From Abditibacterium sp. (lineage in GTDB: Bacteria > Armatimonadota > Abditibacteriia > Abditibacteriales > Abditibacteriaceae): a DNA stretch of 64,000 bases. Numbering within the stretch: the first letter of the stretch is position 1; each line of letters begins with the position of its first letter. The notes under the pieces are model-generated. The model ran no database searches, had not been told where the DNA came from, and was given only the letters and a program-made list of their open reading frames with translations. The stretch is from contig OZ251992.1 of assembly GCA_965246885.1 (NCBI GenBank), positions 2,144,001 through 2,208,000 of the forward strand, in the 5' to 3' direction. Positions 49,401 to 57,614 of the stretch are shown piece after piece. Position numbers and translations under genes: made by a program.

Positions 49401-50727
49401 GGGTGAAGAAGTAGATGCCCGCCGAGCCAAGCGCGGTCGTTCCTGCCGCGTTGGTGCCAACGTAATTGCCCTGCACCTTGGTGCCACTGCTGCCGTCGGC
49501 GCCGTTGAAGTCCGACCAAATAGCGGGGTTGGCGCCGCCGGTCACGACGTTGCGCCCCGCGACCGTGCCATCGCCTATCACGGTGCCCGGCGAGTTCTGC
49601 AGGTAAATCCCGCTCTGGTTCGCCACGAGGCTATCTCCCGCCGCGTTGAACCCGATGATGTTGCCCAGAATCGTGTTGTTCGCACTTCCAACGCACGCGA
49701 TGCCGTTGGAACCATTGCCTGAGATGACGTTGTTCTTAATTGTGTTGCCGTTAGAAAGGAGGCCAATGCCGTTGCTATTGTTGGTCAGGGCCGTCGCGCC
49801 GTCTTTGGCGAGACCGATGAGGTTGCCTTGAATCAGAGCGCCCGTCGCGTCCGAGGTTTGGGCGAGGATGGCGGAGGTTGCGCCGTTGCCGGAAATGAGG
49901 TTACGGTCTGCCGCGTTCACGCCGCCAATGATGTTGCCCGTTGGCTTGGCGTCATCGGCCCCATTGCGAAAGCCGGTGATGCGCACGCCGGAAAAGCTGT
50001 TGGCCTGCGCGAGGGCGCCCGCCGCATTGGTGCCGATGAAACAGCCCGCGACGGTGTTGCCCGGCGAGTCGAGTTCGATGCCCGTATCTCCTGCGCCCGA
50101 CAAAATCAGACCGCGCACCGACGAGCCACCGCTGCCCACGCCAAGTGTCAGGTCATTGCCTGTGCCCGCGTTGCCCACGATTTGGACGAGCGGAACGGCG
50201 TTGAGCGCGCCCGTTGCGAGGGTGTTGGCCGAACTGCCGGTTTGCGAGTAGCCGTTGATGACAACGGGCTTGGCGATGATGGGGAGCGCCGACCCAAGCG
50301 TGATGGTATTTACGCCCGCTCCGGGAATGGCGAAGTTGATGGCGCCGCCGCCGCTTGCGTTGGCTTCGGTGAGGGCGGCGCGCAAGGTGCAAGTGGCGCC
50401 GTTGGCCGAACTGGTTTGGCAGAGGCCGTCGCCGGGTGTGGCATCGTCCGCGTCGCCCGTCGAGTTGACCGAAAGCGTCAAGACCGCGCGCGGGCGGATG
50501 GCGCGCTTTCGACCATAGACCGCCAACTGCATGCGCGGCATTTCCGCCCTAAGCGCGGGAGCGCTGGTCGCCCCAGAAAAGCGGGCGAGGGGCGCCAGAA
50601 GCGCATGGCGAGTGCGCGGCGGAAGCCATGCGGCGGTGCAAGCGGCGCCCAATAAAAGCAAAGTGGCGGCGGTTTGGGAAACGGGCAGTTTGGCCGAAGC
50701 CCACGAGCGGAGTGACTGGAGATGCAT
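43471..50727 (-). CDS. Giant secreted CSLREA / right-handed beta-helix repeat protein with PT linker, Ig-like and DUF11-like domains
   Basis: CTLRAALTEAN, CTLRAAIQEAN and SLRRAMECSN; many GNxIGTDxxG and NVISGN repeats; three N[YF]PVI...TSEF modules; PTATA linker; ATYGGDANY Ig-like domain; VKNTGSAPA DUF11-like domain. Confidence 0.9.
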   Translation of the reverse strand: MHLQSLRSWASAKLPVSQTAATLLLLGAACTAAWLPPRTRHALLAPLARFSGATSAPALRAEMPRMQLAVYGRKRAIRPRAVLTLSVNSTGDADDATPGDGLCQTSSANGATCTLRAALTEANASGGGAINFAIPGAGVNTITLGSALPIIAKPVVINGYSQTGSSANTLATGALNAVPLVQIVGNAGTGNDLTLGVGSGGSSVRGLILSGAGDTGIELDSPGNTVAGCFIGTNAAGALAQANSFSGVRITGFRNGADDAKPTGNIIGGVNAADRNLISGNGATSAILAQTSDATGALIQGNLIGLAKDGATALTNNSNGIGLLSNGNTIKNNVISGNGSNGIACVGSANNTILGNIIGFNAAGDSLVANQSGIYLQNSPGTVIGDGTVAGRNVVTGGANPAIWSDFNGADGSSGTKVQGNYVGTNAAGTTALGSAGIYFFTPNNLIGGTTPGQGNVIGGLGRAAIQLQEAGAQNNVIQGNLVGVSADGQSALSPGGGFGIGVLRASSNTIGGASAGARNVIVAANSGINLNGPLSGTTVQGNFVGVNASGSAALPATASAGNALGIINASNTTISGNVFSNSSRGITLFGSGATGNTVQGNFVGTDATGQKAIPNGIGIAALTPQGDPGTLANNTIGGAGTGQGNVISGNNNEGLLLNTADSLTIRGNKIGVAADGTTALPNGLNGIEIGQGSNNQIGGVAAGAGNIIAFNGTVGQNGRGAGVKIFNGTGNAVQGNSIYGNRNLGIDLSTSDELAFNVTPNQSPQTGGGPNNRQNYPVIVNASGSTVGVNFTSKPSATYRIEVFASDAADPSGFGQGQTFLGAQNVTTNAQGNTGTVSITLPSPFSNGKVISATATSASGDTSEFSAVFIPPTARVSVVNSVGDAPDTTPGDGNCNTGATIAGGAAECTLRAAIQEANGGGGASIKFNIPGAGVQTIVPATQLPDVAVPVTVDALTQPGASANTLASGTNATLLIQLDGSKALAAAGSSNSAFYGLRFVGGNSIVRGFVVNGFGTGAANSFTQSYGVAFDIKGGDKLESCFIGTDPTGTLSIPNKSGGGVQVNADATLIGGTSPAARNLISGNGGAGVQLQSTNGLVQGDLIGTDATGLKALPNQTGILVAKSFSSPTTPSGNVIGTQPVRTMGAVKITRALTAVTAATNVISGNSGAGITNQGDSTTLADNFIGVGADSTTALGNGAAGVNVFSSSGTPLIGGPSTGNIIAFNGLAGITIGFASDTSSGFTISRNSIYSNKSLGIDLGGDGVTPNDAGDADTGANGLQNFPVITSFSTAASSVTIGGTLNSKPNATYTVELFQSDGGNASGYGEGQRFLGTASVTTDAAGNGTFTGTFPTTGDNSGPVSATATDAGGNTSEFARDALPDACSTVVTNTLDTGAGSLRRAMECSNSKTGAQTISFNIPGAGVQTIKPITALPTLTNAVTLDGLTQPAASANTLAVGDNAVLKVEIDGTNTPGDLLHVTAGSSTVRGLILNRVGASFQFGGGSAILFDTLGGDAVEGCFIGTDATGATALPNHNDGVKIVGISNNRIGGALPAQRNLLSGNYGNAVRITVSDNFRTTPETFTDATQNSILGNYIGSDASGTKSIGNGNQAGRQGSDDVRIEGSNNTVGGPTATPGQNVGNLIVGAGDVGLRFAQGPYRKYSADFKTFTIIGGNANLAQGNIIGLDATGTKALGNGSEGLDIRGTNCTVGGANSQARNVISGNGDEAMSIDDDLATGNKVLGNFLGTDISGTKAIGNSSQGIFLNAPSNVIGGVNAGEGNVISGNGEEGILASRVAGAGGNVIQGNFIGTDLGGTLNLGNGKEGIRIHKGTQNTIIGLASGATGGGNTIAFNGKAGITVAVTDAAYAVPKGNRISGNSIFSNGGLGIDLNDDGVTLNDPGDTDSGPNDLQNFPVITGVSGSVISGTLNAAPTGAGESYRIELFSNAAADPSGYGEGEQFLGFTSVPTDASGNVSWNFTSPVSIAGRAITATATYVSATAQPGAAELAINGDTSEFSKAFTVGGVAPTPTPQPTATAIPTATPTATPAPTATAVPTATPSPSKANTTTTLSSAPNPSNVGQSVTLTATVSLTAPTTPTTPGTNLGRRTPIMQGRPAKPRPLQAAPSGTVTFYDGQTPIGTGTLSGGVATLSTSALAAGTHPLTATYGGDANYNGSTSNTVSQVVNGVSAPALALTQRASVNTVSTGGEVDFTLVVKNTGSAPATDASLIYTLPAGATLLSSTPAPTSNAEGMIGFSLGTLAPNASQTVIVRLTAPATVGTLQSNAIAGATGTIPVAAQVTVPIANGVPAYTFGVGKLINVGPYSPSLYHPGAHLIQYVTITNTGSASANAPLLLALDGLPSSVTVVGAAGTDTNGVPLVSVPLAGGALGVGGRVQVRLEFRLKRADKPTFTPHIVNGAVM

Positions 50728-50760
50728 GATGAGACCTGTGAAGACAACGGTGGGCGCGGC

Positions 50761-51549
50761 TTACTTTCCTCCGAAAGCGTAGCTAATGCCGACGAAATAC
50801 TTGGTATCGTTGCGCAGTTTGCCGATGCCGATTTGGGCGGACAGGGGCTTGCCTTGGGGGGCGTAGCGGGCCGAGAGGGTGTAGGCTTTGGCGACGTCGC
50901 CGTTGCGCGCGAGAAAGTCGGCGCCAATCGACACATCGGGACTAACGATGGCCTCGGCGCCCACGAAGGGGCGGGCATACGTTGTGTTTTTGCCCGGAAC
51001 GTGCGACCTTTGGCCCAAGATGCCCGCGTGCAAACGCGCGCAGGTGCGCTCCTCGCCGTTGCGCAGGTCGTAGCTGCCCGTCGCATACAGCGACAAGACG
51101 TTGCCCAAACTGCTGCCGCCGTTGCTGCCAAAGTCGTAGAGGTGCGCGCCCACAGCGACCGAGCCAAGTCCGTCGGGCGTGGTGTAAACGCGGTATTTGC
51201 CGTGCAAGGTGTAGTAGTTGTCCGTCGCCGAGAAGCCTTGAGTCGCCGTCTTTTGGCGCAGGTAGGACGCGCCGATCTCGCCGCCTTGGAAGCCGTAGCT
51301 CAAGTTGGCAAACGGCTGCAAGTCGGCGTGTCCGCCGCCGTTGGCGAGGCTCACATACTCATAGCCCAGCGAGGCTTCGATGGCGCCGGACGCAACGGTT
51401 TGCGTGGTGGGGATCACGCCCAAACCCGTCGGGCCGGGGAGCGGGTCGCCCGCAGGCGTGGCATGGGCGCCACTTCCCAAAGCGCCCACAACGGCGGCGG
51501 CAAATAACAACGCCAAGGGGCGGCGCGAGACAAGTGGAAAGGACGGCAT
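50761..51549 (-). CDS. Secreted protein, probable outer-membrane beta-barrel
   Basis: Signal peptide (…GAHA), alternating aromatic/Gly beta-strands, C-terminal YFVGISYAF. Start at ATG 51549. Confidence 0.7.
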   Translation of the reverse strand: MPSFPLVSRRPLALLFAAAVVGALGSGAHATPAGDPLPGPTGLGVIPTTQTVASGAIEASLGYEYVSLANGGGHADLQPFANLSYGFQGGEIGASYLRQKTATQGFSATDNYYTLHGKYRVYTTPDGLGSVAVGAHLYDFGSNGGSSLGNVLSLYATGSYDLRNGEERTCARLHAGILGQRSHVPGKNTTYARPFVGAEAIVSPDVSIGADFLARNGDVAKAYTLSARYAPQGKPLSAQIGIGKLRNDTKYFVGISYAFGGK

Positions 51550-51752
51550 AAAAAAGAGCGCGCGCCCCACCGCGCGCGGCGCGCAAGCCGCCTCGATTTT
51601 ATCCGCTTTGGAGCAGTTTGGCAACGGTTTTTTCGCGTTTTCTTTGAAAGAAGAAGCTGAGTTTTTTCCTCTTGATGATGACTTGACACTGCGGCGTCGT
51701 GTGGATATAGGCCCGATGGCGGCGCACGAATGGCGCAAGGCGGCGATGCGAT

Positions 51753-51890
51753 GACAGACCTCTATTGAGCGGTGGCAGGGGTCTGTTGGCCAATGGCAGA
51801 GGTCTGGGAATTGGTGACAGACCCCTGCCGGCCAGTGACAGACGTCCGCCGAGCGATGACGCGCCCGCGCCGAGCGGCCACAGACGTCTC
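51753..51890. repeat. Degenerate 21-bp-period array (GACAGAC/GGCAG anchor, 6-7 units)
   Basis: Units start at 51753, 51774, 51795, 51816, 51837, 51858 and 51879. Confidence 0.85.
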
Positions 51891-51926
51891 TTCTCCTCCG
51901 GCGGGCGGGCTTTTACACTTTCCGCC

Positions 51927-53669
51927 ATGAATCCCAATTCAACCGAACTCGAAAACTCCCCGGCCCACCGCAAATACTCGCGCATCGTCGTGGAAGGCGC
52001 CGACCGCGCCGCTTCGCGCGCCATGTATCACGCCCTCGGCTGGACGCCCGACGACTTCGGGAAGTCGCAAGTGGGCATCGCTTCGACGTGGAACATGGTG
52101 ACTCCGTGCAACATGCACATTGACAAGCTCGCCCTTGAAGCCGCGCGCGGCGCCGACGAAGCGGGCGGCAAGGCCGTCATCTTCAACACCATCGGCATTT
52201 CTGACGGCATCTCGATGGGCACCGAAGGCATGAAATACTCCCTTGTGTCGCGCGAGGTCATCGCCGATTCCATCGAGTGCGTCGTCGGCTGCGAAGGATA
52301 CGACGGCGTCGTGGCCATCGGCGGCTGCGACAAGAACATGCCCGGTTGCTTGATTGGTCTGGCCCGCCTCAATCGGCCATCGGTCTTCGTGTATGGCGGC
52401 ACCATTTTGCCGGGTTGCTTGACGGGCGGCGCATGCGACCTCGACGACCCCACGCAACAGAAAATAGACCTTGTATCGGTTTTCGAGGCCGTTGGGGGGC
52501 ACGCGGCGGGCAACGTTTCGGACGATGAACTGCGCGAAATCGAGCAACGCGCCATCCCCGGCGCCGGGTCGTGCGGCGGCATGTACACCGCCAACACAAT
52601 GGCCAGCGCCATCGAAGCGATGGGAATGTCCCTCCCCGGCTCCAGCGCGCAGATCGCCGTTTCGCCCGCCAAAAAGAGCGACTGCGAGCGCGCGGGCGCG
52701 GCTGTTATGCACCTCATCGCCCGCGACATTAAGCCGCGCGACATTATGACCCGCGAAGCGTTCGAGAACGCCATCACCGTCGTTATTGCACTTGGCGGCT
52801 CGACCAACGCCGTTTTGCACCTGCTCGCTATGGCGCACGCGGCGGAAGTGCCGCTTTCGATTCACGACTTTTCCGCTATCGGCAAGCGCACTCCCGTTTT
52901 GGCCGACTTGAAGCCCTCCGGCAAGTATTCGATGGCCGAACTGTCGCGCGTCGGCGGCATCCAGCCGTTGATGAAGCGCCTTCTCGCGCAGGGCTTGTTG
53001 CACGGCGACTGCCTGACCGTCACGGGTCGCACCGTCGCGGAGAATTTGGCGGAAGTCGCCGACTACGACGAGAAGCAGTCCATCATCCACGACTTTTCCG
53101 ACCCCATCAAGCCCGATTCGCACATCGTTATCTTCGGCGGCAACCTCGCACCGGGCGGCGCCGTCGGCAAGATTTCTGGCAAAGAAGGGCTGTCCTTCAC
53201 GGGCCGCGCGCGCGTGTTCGAGGGTGAGGAACACTGCCTCTGTTCTATATTAGACGGCACCGTCGTCGCGGGCGACGTGTTGGTCATCCGAGGCGAAGGG
53301 CCAAGAGGCGGGCCGGGGATGCGCGAGATGCTCTCGCCAACGAGCGCCGTCATGGGCAAGGGGTTGGGCAAGACCGTCGCGCTTATCACCGATGGCAGAT
53401 TTAGCGGCGGCAGTCACGGCTTCGTTGTCGGCCACATCACGCCCGAAGCCTTCGAGGGCGGCCCGATTGCCCTTATCCACGACGGCGACGAAATCTCCAT
53501 CAACGCGCAGTCCCGCGAACTCAGTCTCCACATCCCCGCCGAGGAGTTGGCCAAGCGTGCCGCCGCGTGGCAAAAGCCCGCCCCCCACTACCGGCGCGGC
53601 TTGTTGGCAAAGTATGCCGCGCAAGTCACCAGCGCCAGCTTGGGCGCGGTAACTGACTTGGGGTTGTAA
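51927..53669 (+). CDS. ilvD: Dihydroxy-acid dehydratase
   Basis: [54 protein letters not shown]. Start at ATG 51927. Confidence 0.97.
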   Translation: MNPNSTELENSPAHRKYSRIVVEGADRAASRAMYHALGWTPDDFGKSQVGIASTWNMVTPCNMHIDKLALEAARGADEAGGKAVIFNTIGISDGISMGTEGMKYSLVSREVIADSIECVVGCEGYDGVVAIGGCDKNMPGCLIGLARLNRPSVFVYGGTILPGCLTGGACDLDDPTQQKIDLVSVFEAVGGHAAGNVSDDELREIEQRAIPGAGSCGGMYTANTMASAIEAMGMSLPGSSAQIAVSPAKKSDCERAGAAVMHLIARDIKPRDIMTREAFENAITVVIALGGSTNAVLHLLAMAHAAEVPLSIHDFSAIGKRTPVLADLKPSGKYSMAELSRVGGIQPLMKRLLAQGLLHGDCLTVTGRTVAENLAEVADYDEKQSIIHDFSDPIKPDSHIVIFGGNLAPGGAVGKISGKEGLSFTGRARVFEGEEHCLCSILDGTVVAGDVLVIRGEGPRGGPGMREMLSPTSAVMGKGLGKTVALITDGRFSGGSHGFVVGHITPEAFEGGPIALIHDGDEISINAQSRELSLHIPAEELAKRAAAWQKPAPHYRRGLLAKYAAQVTSASLGAVTDLGL

Positions 53670-53709
53670 ACAAAGCAGCATGCCACGCAAGTGGCGCACG
53701 TTCCAATAT

Positions 53710-54237
53710 ATGCAGATACAATACGAACTCACGCCCGCCGATATAATGGCGTCTCAGTCGCTCTTCCAGTGGCGCCGCTCTCGTCTGGTCAGTTGGGGAC
53801 TTACGCTCTATGGCGTCCTGTTTTTTCTTTGGGGGCTGTTGATGCTTATTGCTGGCTCGCTTTCGCTGGCCGTAGTGCCTTTGATTCTTGGAACGTTTGC
53901 GGCTACTTTTATGCCGGTGATTATGCCGCGCCTTCTCCTGAAGAACTGGAGCAAAGCGCGCAAACCGAATGGGCCAACAACTCTATCCACTTCGCCCGAT
54001 GGTGTAGAGATTAGCCACTCGCTTGCGCGCCTTTCGATGAAATGGGAGATGTTTATTGACGTTCTCGAAGGCCCAACTCTTTGGCTCTTGTTTATACAGC
54101 CTCAATTCTATTATGTCATTCCCAAGCGCGCCTTCGCGTCAGTAGCCGATCAAGACCTGTTCCGCACCGATCTGTTGCACATTGAGGCGGCGAAGCAAAC
54201 CGCGAGTGCGCCGTCACCGCCCCTTTCGGTGCCTTAA
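53710..54237 (+). CDS. YcxB-like membrane protein
   Basis: Two TM segments, then W...YVIPKRAF C-terminal motif. Confidence 0.75.
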   Translation: MQIQYELTPADIMASQSLFQWRRSRLVSWGLTLYGVLFFLWGLLMLIAGSLSLAVVPLILGTFAATFMPVIMPRLLLKNWSKARKPNGPTTLSTSPDGVEISHSLARLSMKWEMFIDVLEGPTLWLLFIQPQFYYVIPKRAFASVADQDLFRTDLLHIEAAKQTASAPSPPLSVP

Positions 54238-54623
54238 TCTCCCTCCAACACCACCACTGCCGCCGCTATGCCACCGTCGTGGGTGATGGAGAGCAGCACG
54301 TTCGAGACGCCGCGTCTGCCTGCAATTTGCGCGGCGACGCCGATAATGCGCAGGGTGGGGCAGCCGTTTGGGGCGCGGACGACTTCGAAATCTTTCCACG
54401 TCACGCCGTCGGTAAAGCCGGTGCCCAAGGCTTTACTGGCGGCTTCTTTGGCGGCGAGGCGGCCCGCGACGTGGTTGGCTTTGGCTCCGGGGTGAGAGTA
54501 TTTGGCGGCTTCGAGGGTTTCGGCATGTGTGCAGATGCGCGCGAGGAAGCGGTCGCCGTGCCGCTCGATGTTGGTGGCGACGCGGTCAACGCGGGCGATG
54601 TCGAGGCCCAGTCCGATGACCAC
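54234..54623 (-). CDS. acpS: Holo-[acyl-carrier-protein] synthase
   Basis: GLGLDI, GRLAAKEAASKALGTG, LSITHD. Confidence 0.93.
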   Translation of the reverse strand: MVIGLGLDIARVDRVATNIERHGDRFLARICTHAETLEAAKYSHPGAKANHVAGRLAAKEAASKALGTGFTDGVTWKDFEVVRAPNGCPTLRIIGVAAQIAGRRGVSNVLLSITHDGGIAAAVVVLEGD

Positions 54624-55115
54624 TTAGCTTTGCCCCGCGAAAGCGCGCACGTCGTCTTCGCTGAGCACTTTGCCGGGGAAGCGCGCGGCGACGAGTTCGA
54701 GGTCTACGCCCGCATCCTTGGCGGCGCGGCGCGCGGCGGGGGTGGCGCGCAGGCGGGTGGAAGTGGCGGCGGGAGTGCCGTTATCTTCCAGTCGGGCGGG
54801 CTGGGAGTGGGGGGAAGTGGGAACAGAGACCGCGCTTGTCAAGGCCGCGTTCTCTCCTGACACATCGGGCACCGCTTCGTCTGCCTCGCCAACGAGCGCG
54901 AGGATGAACCCAACGGGGACGACGGCTTTTTCGGGGGCGACGAGTTGGCGGACGGTTCCGGCGCTCTCGGCGGGGAGTTCGAGGTTGGTCTTTTCGGTGA
55001 TAAGTTCGCAGAGCGGCGTGCCGACCGAAACGGCATCGCCCTCGCGCACCAGCCAGCGCCCGACGGTGGCCTCTTCCATGTTCTCGAACAAGCGGGGGAG
55101 AGCGATTTTTTGCAC
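54624..55115 (-). CDS. Stand-alone lipoyl domain + E3-binding domain protein
   Basis: W…EGDAV…CELITEKTNLELPA lipoyl domain, linker, ATPAARRAAK…G…EDDV peripheral subunit-binding domain; no catalytic domain. Confidence 0.85.
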   Translation of the reverse strand: MQKIALPRLFENMEEATVGRWLVREGDAVSVGTPLCELITEKTNLELPAESAGTVRQLVAPEKAVVPVGFILALVGEADEAVPDVSGENAALTSAVSVPTSPHSQPARLEDNGTPAATSTRLRATPAARRAAKDAGVDLELVAARFPGKVLSEDDVRAFAGQS

Positions 55116-55139
55116 GGCCCCAGTTTATACTCGCTTCCC

Positions 55140-55979
55140 ATGCCCATCCCCCTCCCTTTTGCCATTGAGGACGCCCTTGCCATTGCGCGCGAAGCGGGCG
55201 CCCTCGCCCTCGCCATGAAAAGCACGGCGCGCGTCGAACTCAAAGATGACGCCACCCTCGTCACCGAAGCCGACCGCGCCGTTGAGCGGCTCCTGCACGC
55301 GAAGCTCGGCGACCTCGCGCCGGGGTGGAGCTTTCTGGGGGAAGAAACCGGCATGAGCGGCGACCCCTCCGCGCCCTCGTGGGTGATTGACCCCATTGAC
55401 GGCACCACCAACTACGCGCGCGGTATTCCGACGTGGTGCGTGTCCATCGGCGCCGTCGCCGAGGGCCAGCCCATCTTCGGCGCCTTGTGCGTGCCGGAAC
55501 TGGGAGAACTGTTTTGGGCCGCGCCCGGACAAGGCGCGTGGAAAATCAAGGGCGGCGCCACCACGCGTTTGCACGTGCGCGACGCTTTGCCCTTGGCCCA
55601 AGAAGACCCCATTGCAGGTAACACCACCGTCGAACGCATCCTCGATTTTGGCGACGTGCCCAACCGCTTGCGCAATTTCGGCTCGCTCGCCTACCACTTG
55701 ACCCTGCTCGCGCAAGGCTCGCTCGTCGCCAACATCGCGCACTATCACAAGCTCTATGACGTGGCCGCCGGACTTTGCCTGTGCTTCGAGGCGGGCTGCG
55801 AAGCGCGCTACATGGATGGCTCCGTGTGGCACGCGCGCGTTTCCACCCACAGCGAGACCACCCCCATGCTGTGCGCGCCGCCCCAAACGTTGGAGTTCCT
55901 GCTCCGCAACCTGCACTTGAAAGCCATCCCCGAAGTCTCATCGGAAGAAGCCGACAACAAGGGCATGGCCGTTGATTAG
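55140..55979 (+). CDS. Inositol monophosphatase family protein
   Basis: VTEAD, GEE, WVIDPIDGTTNY, YDVAAG. Start at ATG 55140. Confidence 0.9.
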   Translation: MPIPLPFAIEDALAIAREAGALALAMKSTARVELKDDATLVTEADRAVERLLHAKLGDLAPGWSFLGEETGMSGDPSAPSWVIDPIDGTTNYARGIPTWCVSIGAVAEGQPIFGALCVPELGELFWAAPGQGAWKIKGGATTRLHVRDALPLAQEDPIAGNTTVERILDFGDVPNRLRNFGSLAYHLTLLAQGSLVANIAHYHKLYDVAAGLCLCFEAGCEARYMDGSVWHARVSTHSETTPMLCAPPQTLEFLLRNLHLKAIPEVSSEEADNKGMAVD

Positions 55980-56000
55980 TCGGGCACACTACACACCCAC

Positions 56001-56291
56001 ATGATTCACCACATGGTTTGGTTCAAGCTGCGCGAGGACATCGCGCCCACCGATAAAGAGTTCCTGCGCGCCCAACTGACCGGCCTGACCGAGCAAATTC
56101 CTCAGATCGTCGAACTGGCGTGCGGCGAGGATTTCTCCGAACGCTCGCGCGGCTTCGGCTGGGGGTTGTACGTGCGCTTCGCGTCGAAAGAGGACGGGCA
56201 AATCTACGACAAGCACCCCGAACATCAAGCCTTCATCGCGCGCTGCAAGCACTTGTGGAGCGACGTGCAGGCGCTCGACTTCGAGGGCTGA
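56001..56291 (+). CDS. Dabb (stress-responsive A/B barrel) family protein
   Basis: IHHMVWFK, IPQI, YDKHPEH, DF motifs. Confidence 0.88.
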   Translation: MIHHMVWFKLREDIAPTDKEFLRAQLTGLTEQIPQIVELACGEDFSERSRGFGWGLYVRFASKEDGQIYDKHPEHQAFIARCKHLWSDVQALDFEG

Positions 56292-56297
56292 GGCGCT

Positions 56298-57581
56298 TCA
56301 CACCACGTCCAGCGTTAGCACCCAGTCAATTCCCTCTTCGGGTGGGGTGAACTCCCGCCAACCGGACGGGGCGACCGAGTCAAAGGCGTGCGACTGGCCG
56401 GTGCGCGGGTCGAACCAACCGGCGCGCGCCCTGCCGCTTAGGACGCTCGTATCTACTTCGATGGGTTGCGATGCGGGGAAGTAGACGAGGGCGAAGCTGC
56501 CCTTGGCGTCGCGGCTGGCGCGGATTGTGTCGGAGCCTTCGCCCAAGTCGCCGCGCAGAATGGCTTGGGCGGGCACGCGGGAGAAGAAGGCGCGGCTTTC
56601 GAGCAACTGTCGGACGTGCCCCATCTGGAAGGCGCCGGGTAAATCGAGGGCCTGGCGCCATGTGCGGCGACTGCCAAAGCCGTCGAAGACGCCCTTCTTG
56701 TCGCATTGAAAGACGGAATTGGCGCCGTAGGTGTGCCCGCAAGCGCCCGCGAAGAGGGCGATGTAGGCGGCTTTGCGGGCATCGAGGTCGTCAAAGTAGC
56801 CGTTGGCTTTGTCCCACTTGTCCGGCTCGGCCCAGTTCCACGCGATGGGGTGGTCTTCGTAGCGCGGCTCGCCGTCGAGCACGGGCTTGACTGGGATGCG
56901 CGCGTAATCTGCTTCGATGAGCGGGGCGTTGGAGATTTCCGGGCGAGAGTGCCCGCTTTGCTGCATGTGAAAGTCCACCCACGCCTCGTCGGAGAAGTAT
57001 TTCGAGGACGAGTAGGGGCCGGGCGGGTGGAAGGATTGCAACTGCGCGCCGCCACCAGCCTTCAAACCGGCGGACAGGGCACGGATGGTGGCCCTGTGCT
57101 CGTCGGTTTCGACGTGCCGGTCGCCGCCCAACACCCAAAAGAGCGGTGTGCCTCGGAAATAGTCGCCGAGCCACTGGCCGTAAACTCCGGCGTTGTCGGG
57201 AGTAAAAACTTGCGGGCCAATGCCGCCATCCACGCGCCACTTGTCGCCCCATGTCGGCAAAAGCGCAATGGTAATGCCGCGCTTGCCAGCCTCTCCGCAC
57301 ACCCACAGGACGTGCGCCCAAAATGCGGGGTTAGGGCGCGTCGGGTCGAGATCGAAAAGCGGCAATTCGCCGTCGGCGTTGCCCACGCGCAATCCGTCAA
57401 ACTCGGAAATGCCGACCATTTGCGCGACCGTAAAGCCTTTGGCCGCGCGGTCGTCGAGATAGTCGAGCGTTTCGGCTTTGTCCAAGCGTTGCGGCACGGC
57501 CCATGCCGTATCGCCAAGCCAAAAGAACGGCGAGCCGTCGGCGTGGGCCAAGAAGCGGCGGTTAGCGGAGAGTTGAAACAT
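56298..57581 (-). CDS. DUF4038 / GH140 (apiosidase-like) glycoside hydrolase
   Basis: PFFWLGDTAW, LPTWG, WVLGGD, QSGH, DGEPRYE, GHTYG and C-terminal WFDPRTG…DWVL. Confidence 0.88.
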   Translation of the reverse strand: MFQLSANRRFLAHADGSPFFWLGDTAWAVPQRLDKAETLDYLDDRAAKGFTVAQMVGISEFDGLRVGNADGELPLFDLDPTRPNPAFWAHVLWVCGEAGKRGITIALLPTWGDKWRVDGGIGPQVFTPDNAGVYGQWLGDYFRGTPLFWVLGGDRHVETDEHRATIRALSAGLKAGGGAQLQSFHPPGPYSSSKYFSDEAWVDFHMQQSGHSRPEISNAPLIEADYARIPVKPVLDGEPRYEDHPIAWNWAEPDKWDKANGYFDDLDARKAAYIALFAGACGHTYGANSVFQCDKKGVFDGFGSRRTWRQALDLPGAFQMGHVRQLLESRAFFSRVPAQAILRGDLGEGSDTIRASRDAKGSFALVYFPASQPIEVDTSVLSGRARAGWFDPRTGQSHAFDSVAPSGWREFTPPEEGIDWVLTLDVV

Positions 57582-57614
57582 TCAATTGCGAGGCGTGCAG
57601 TGTGCCCGTCTGCT

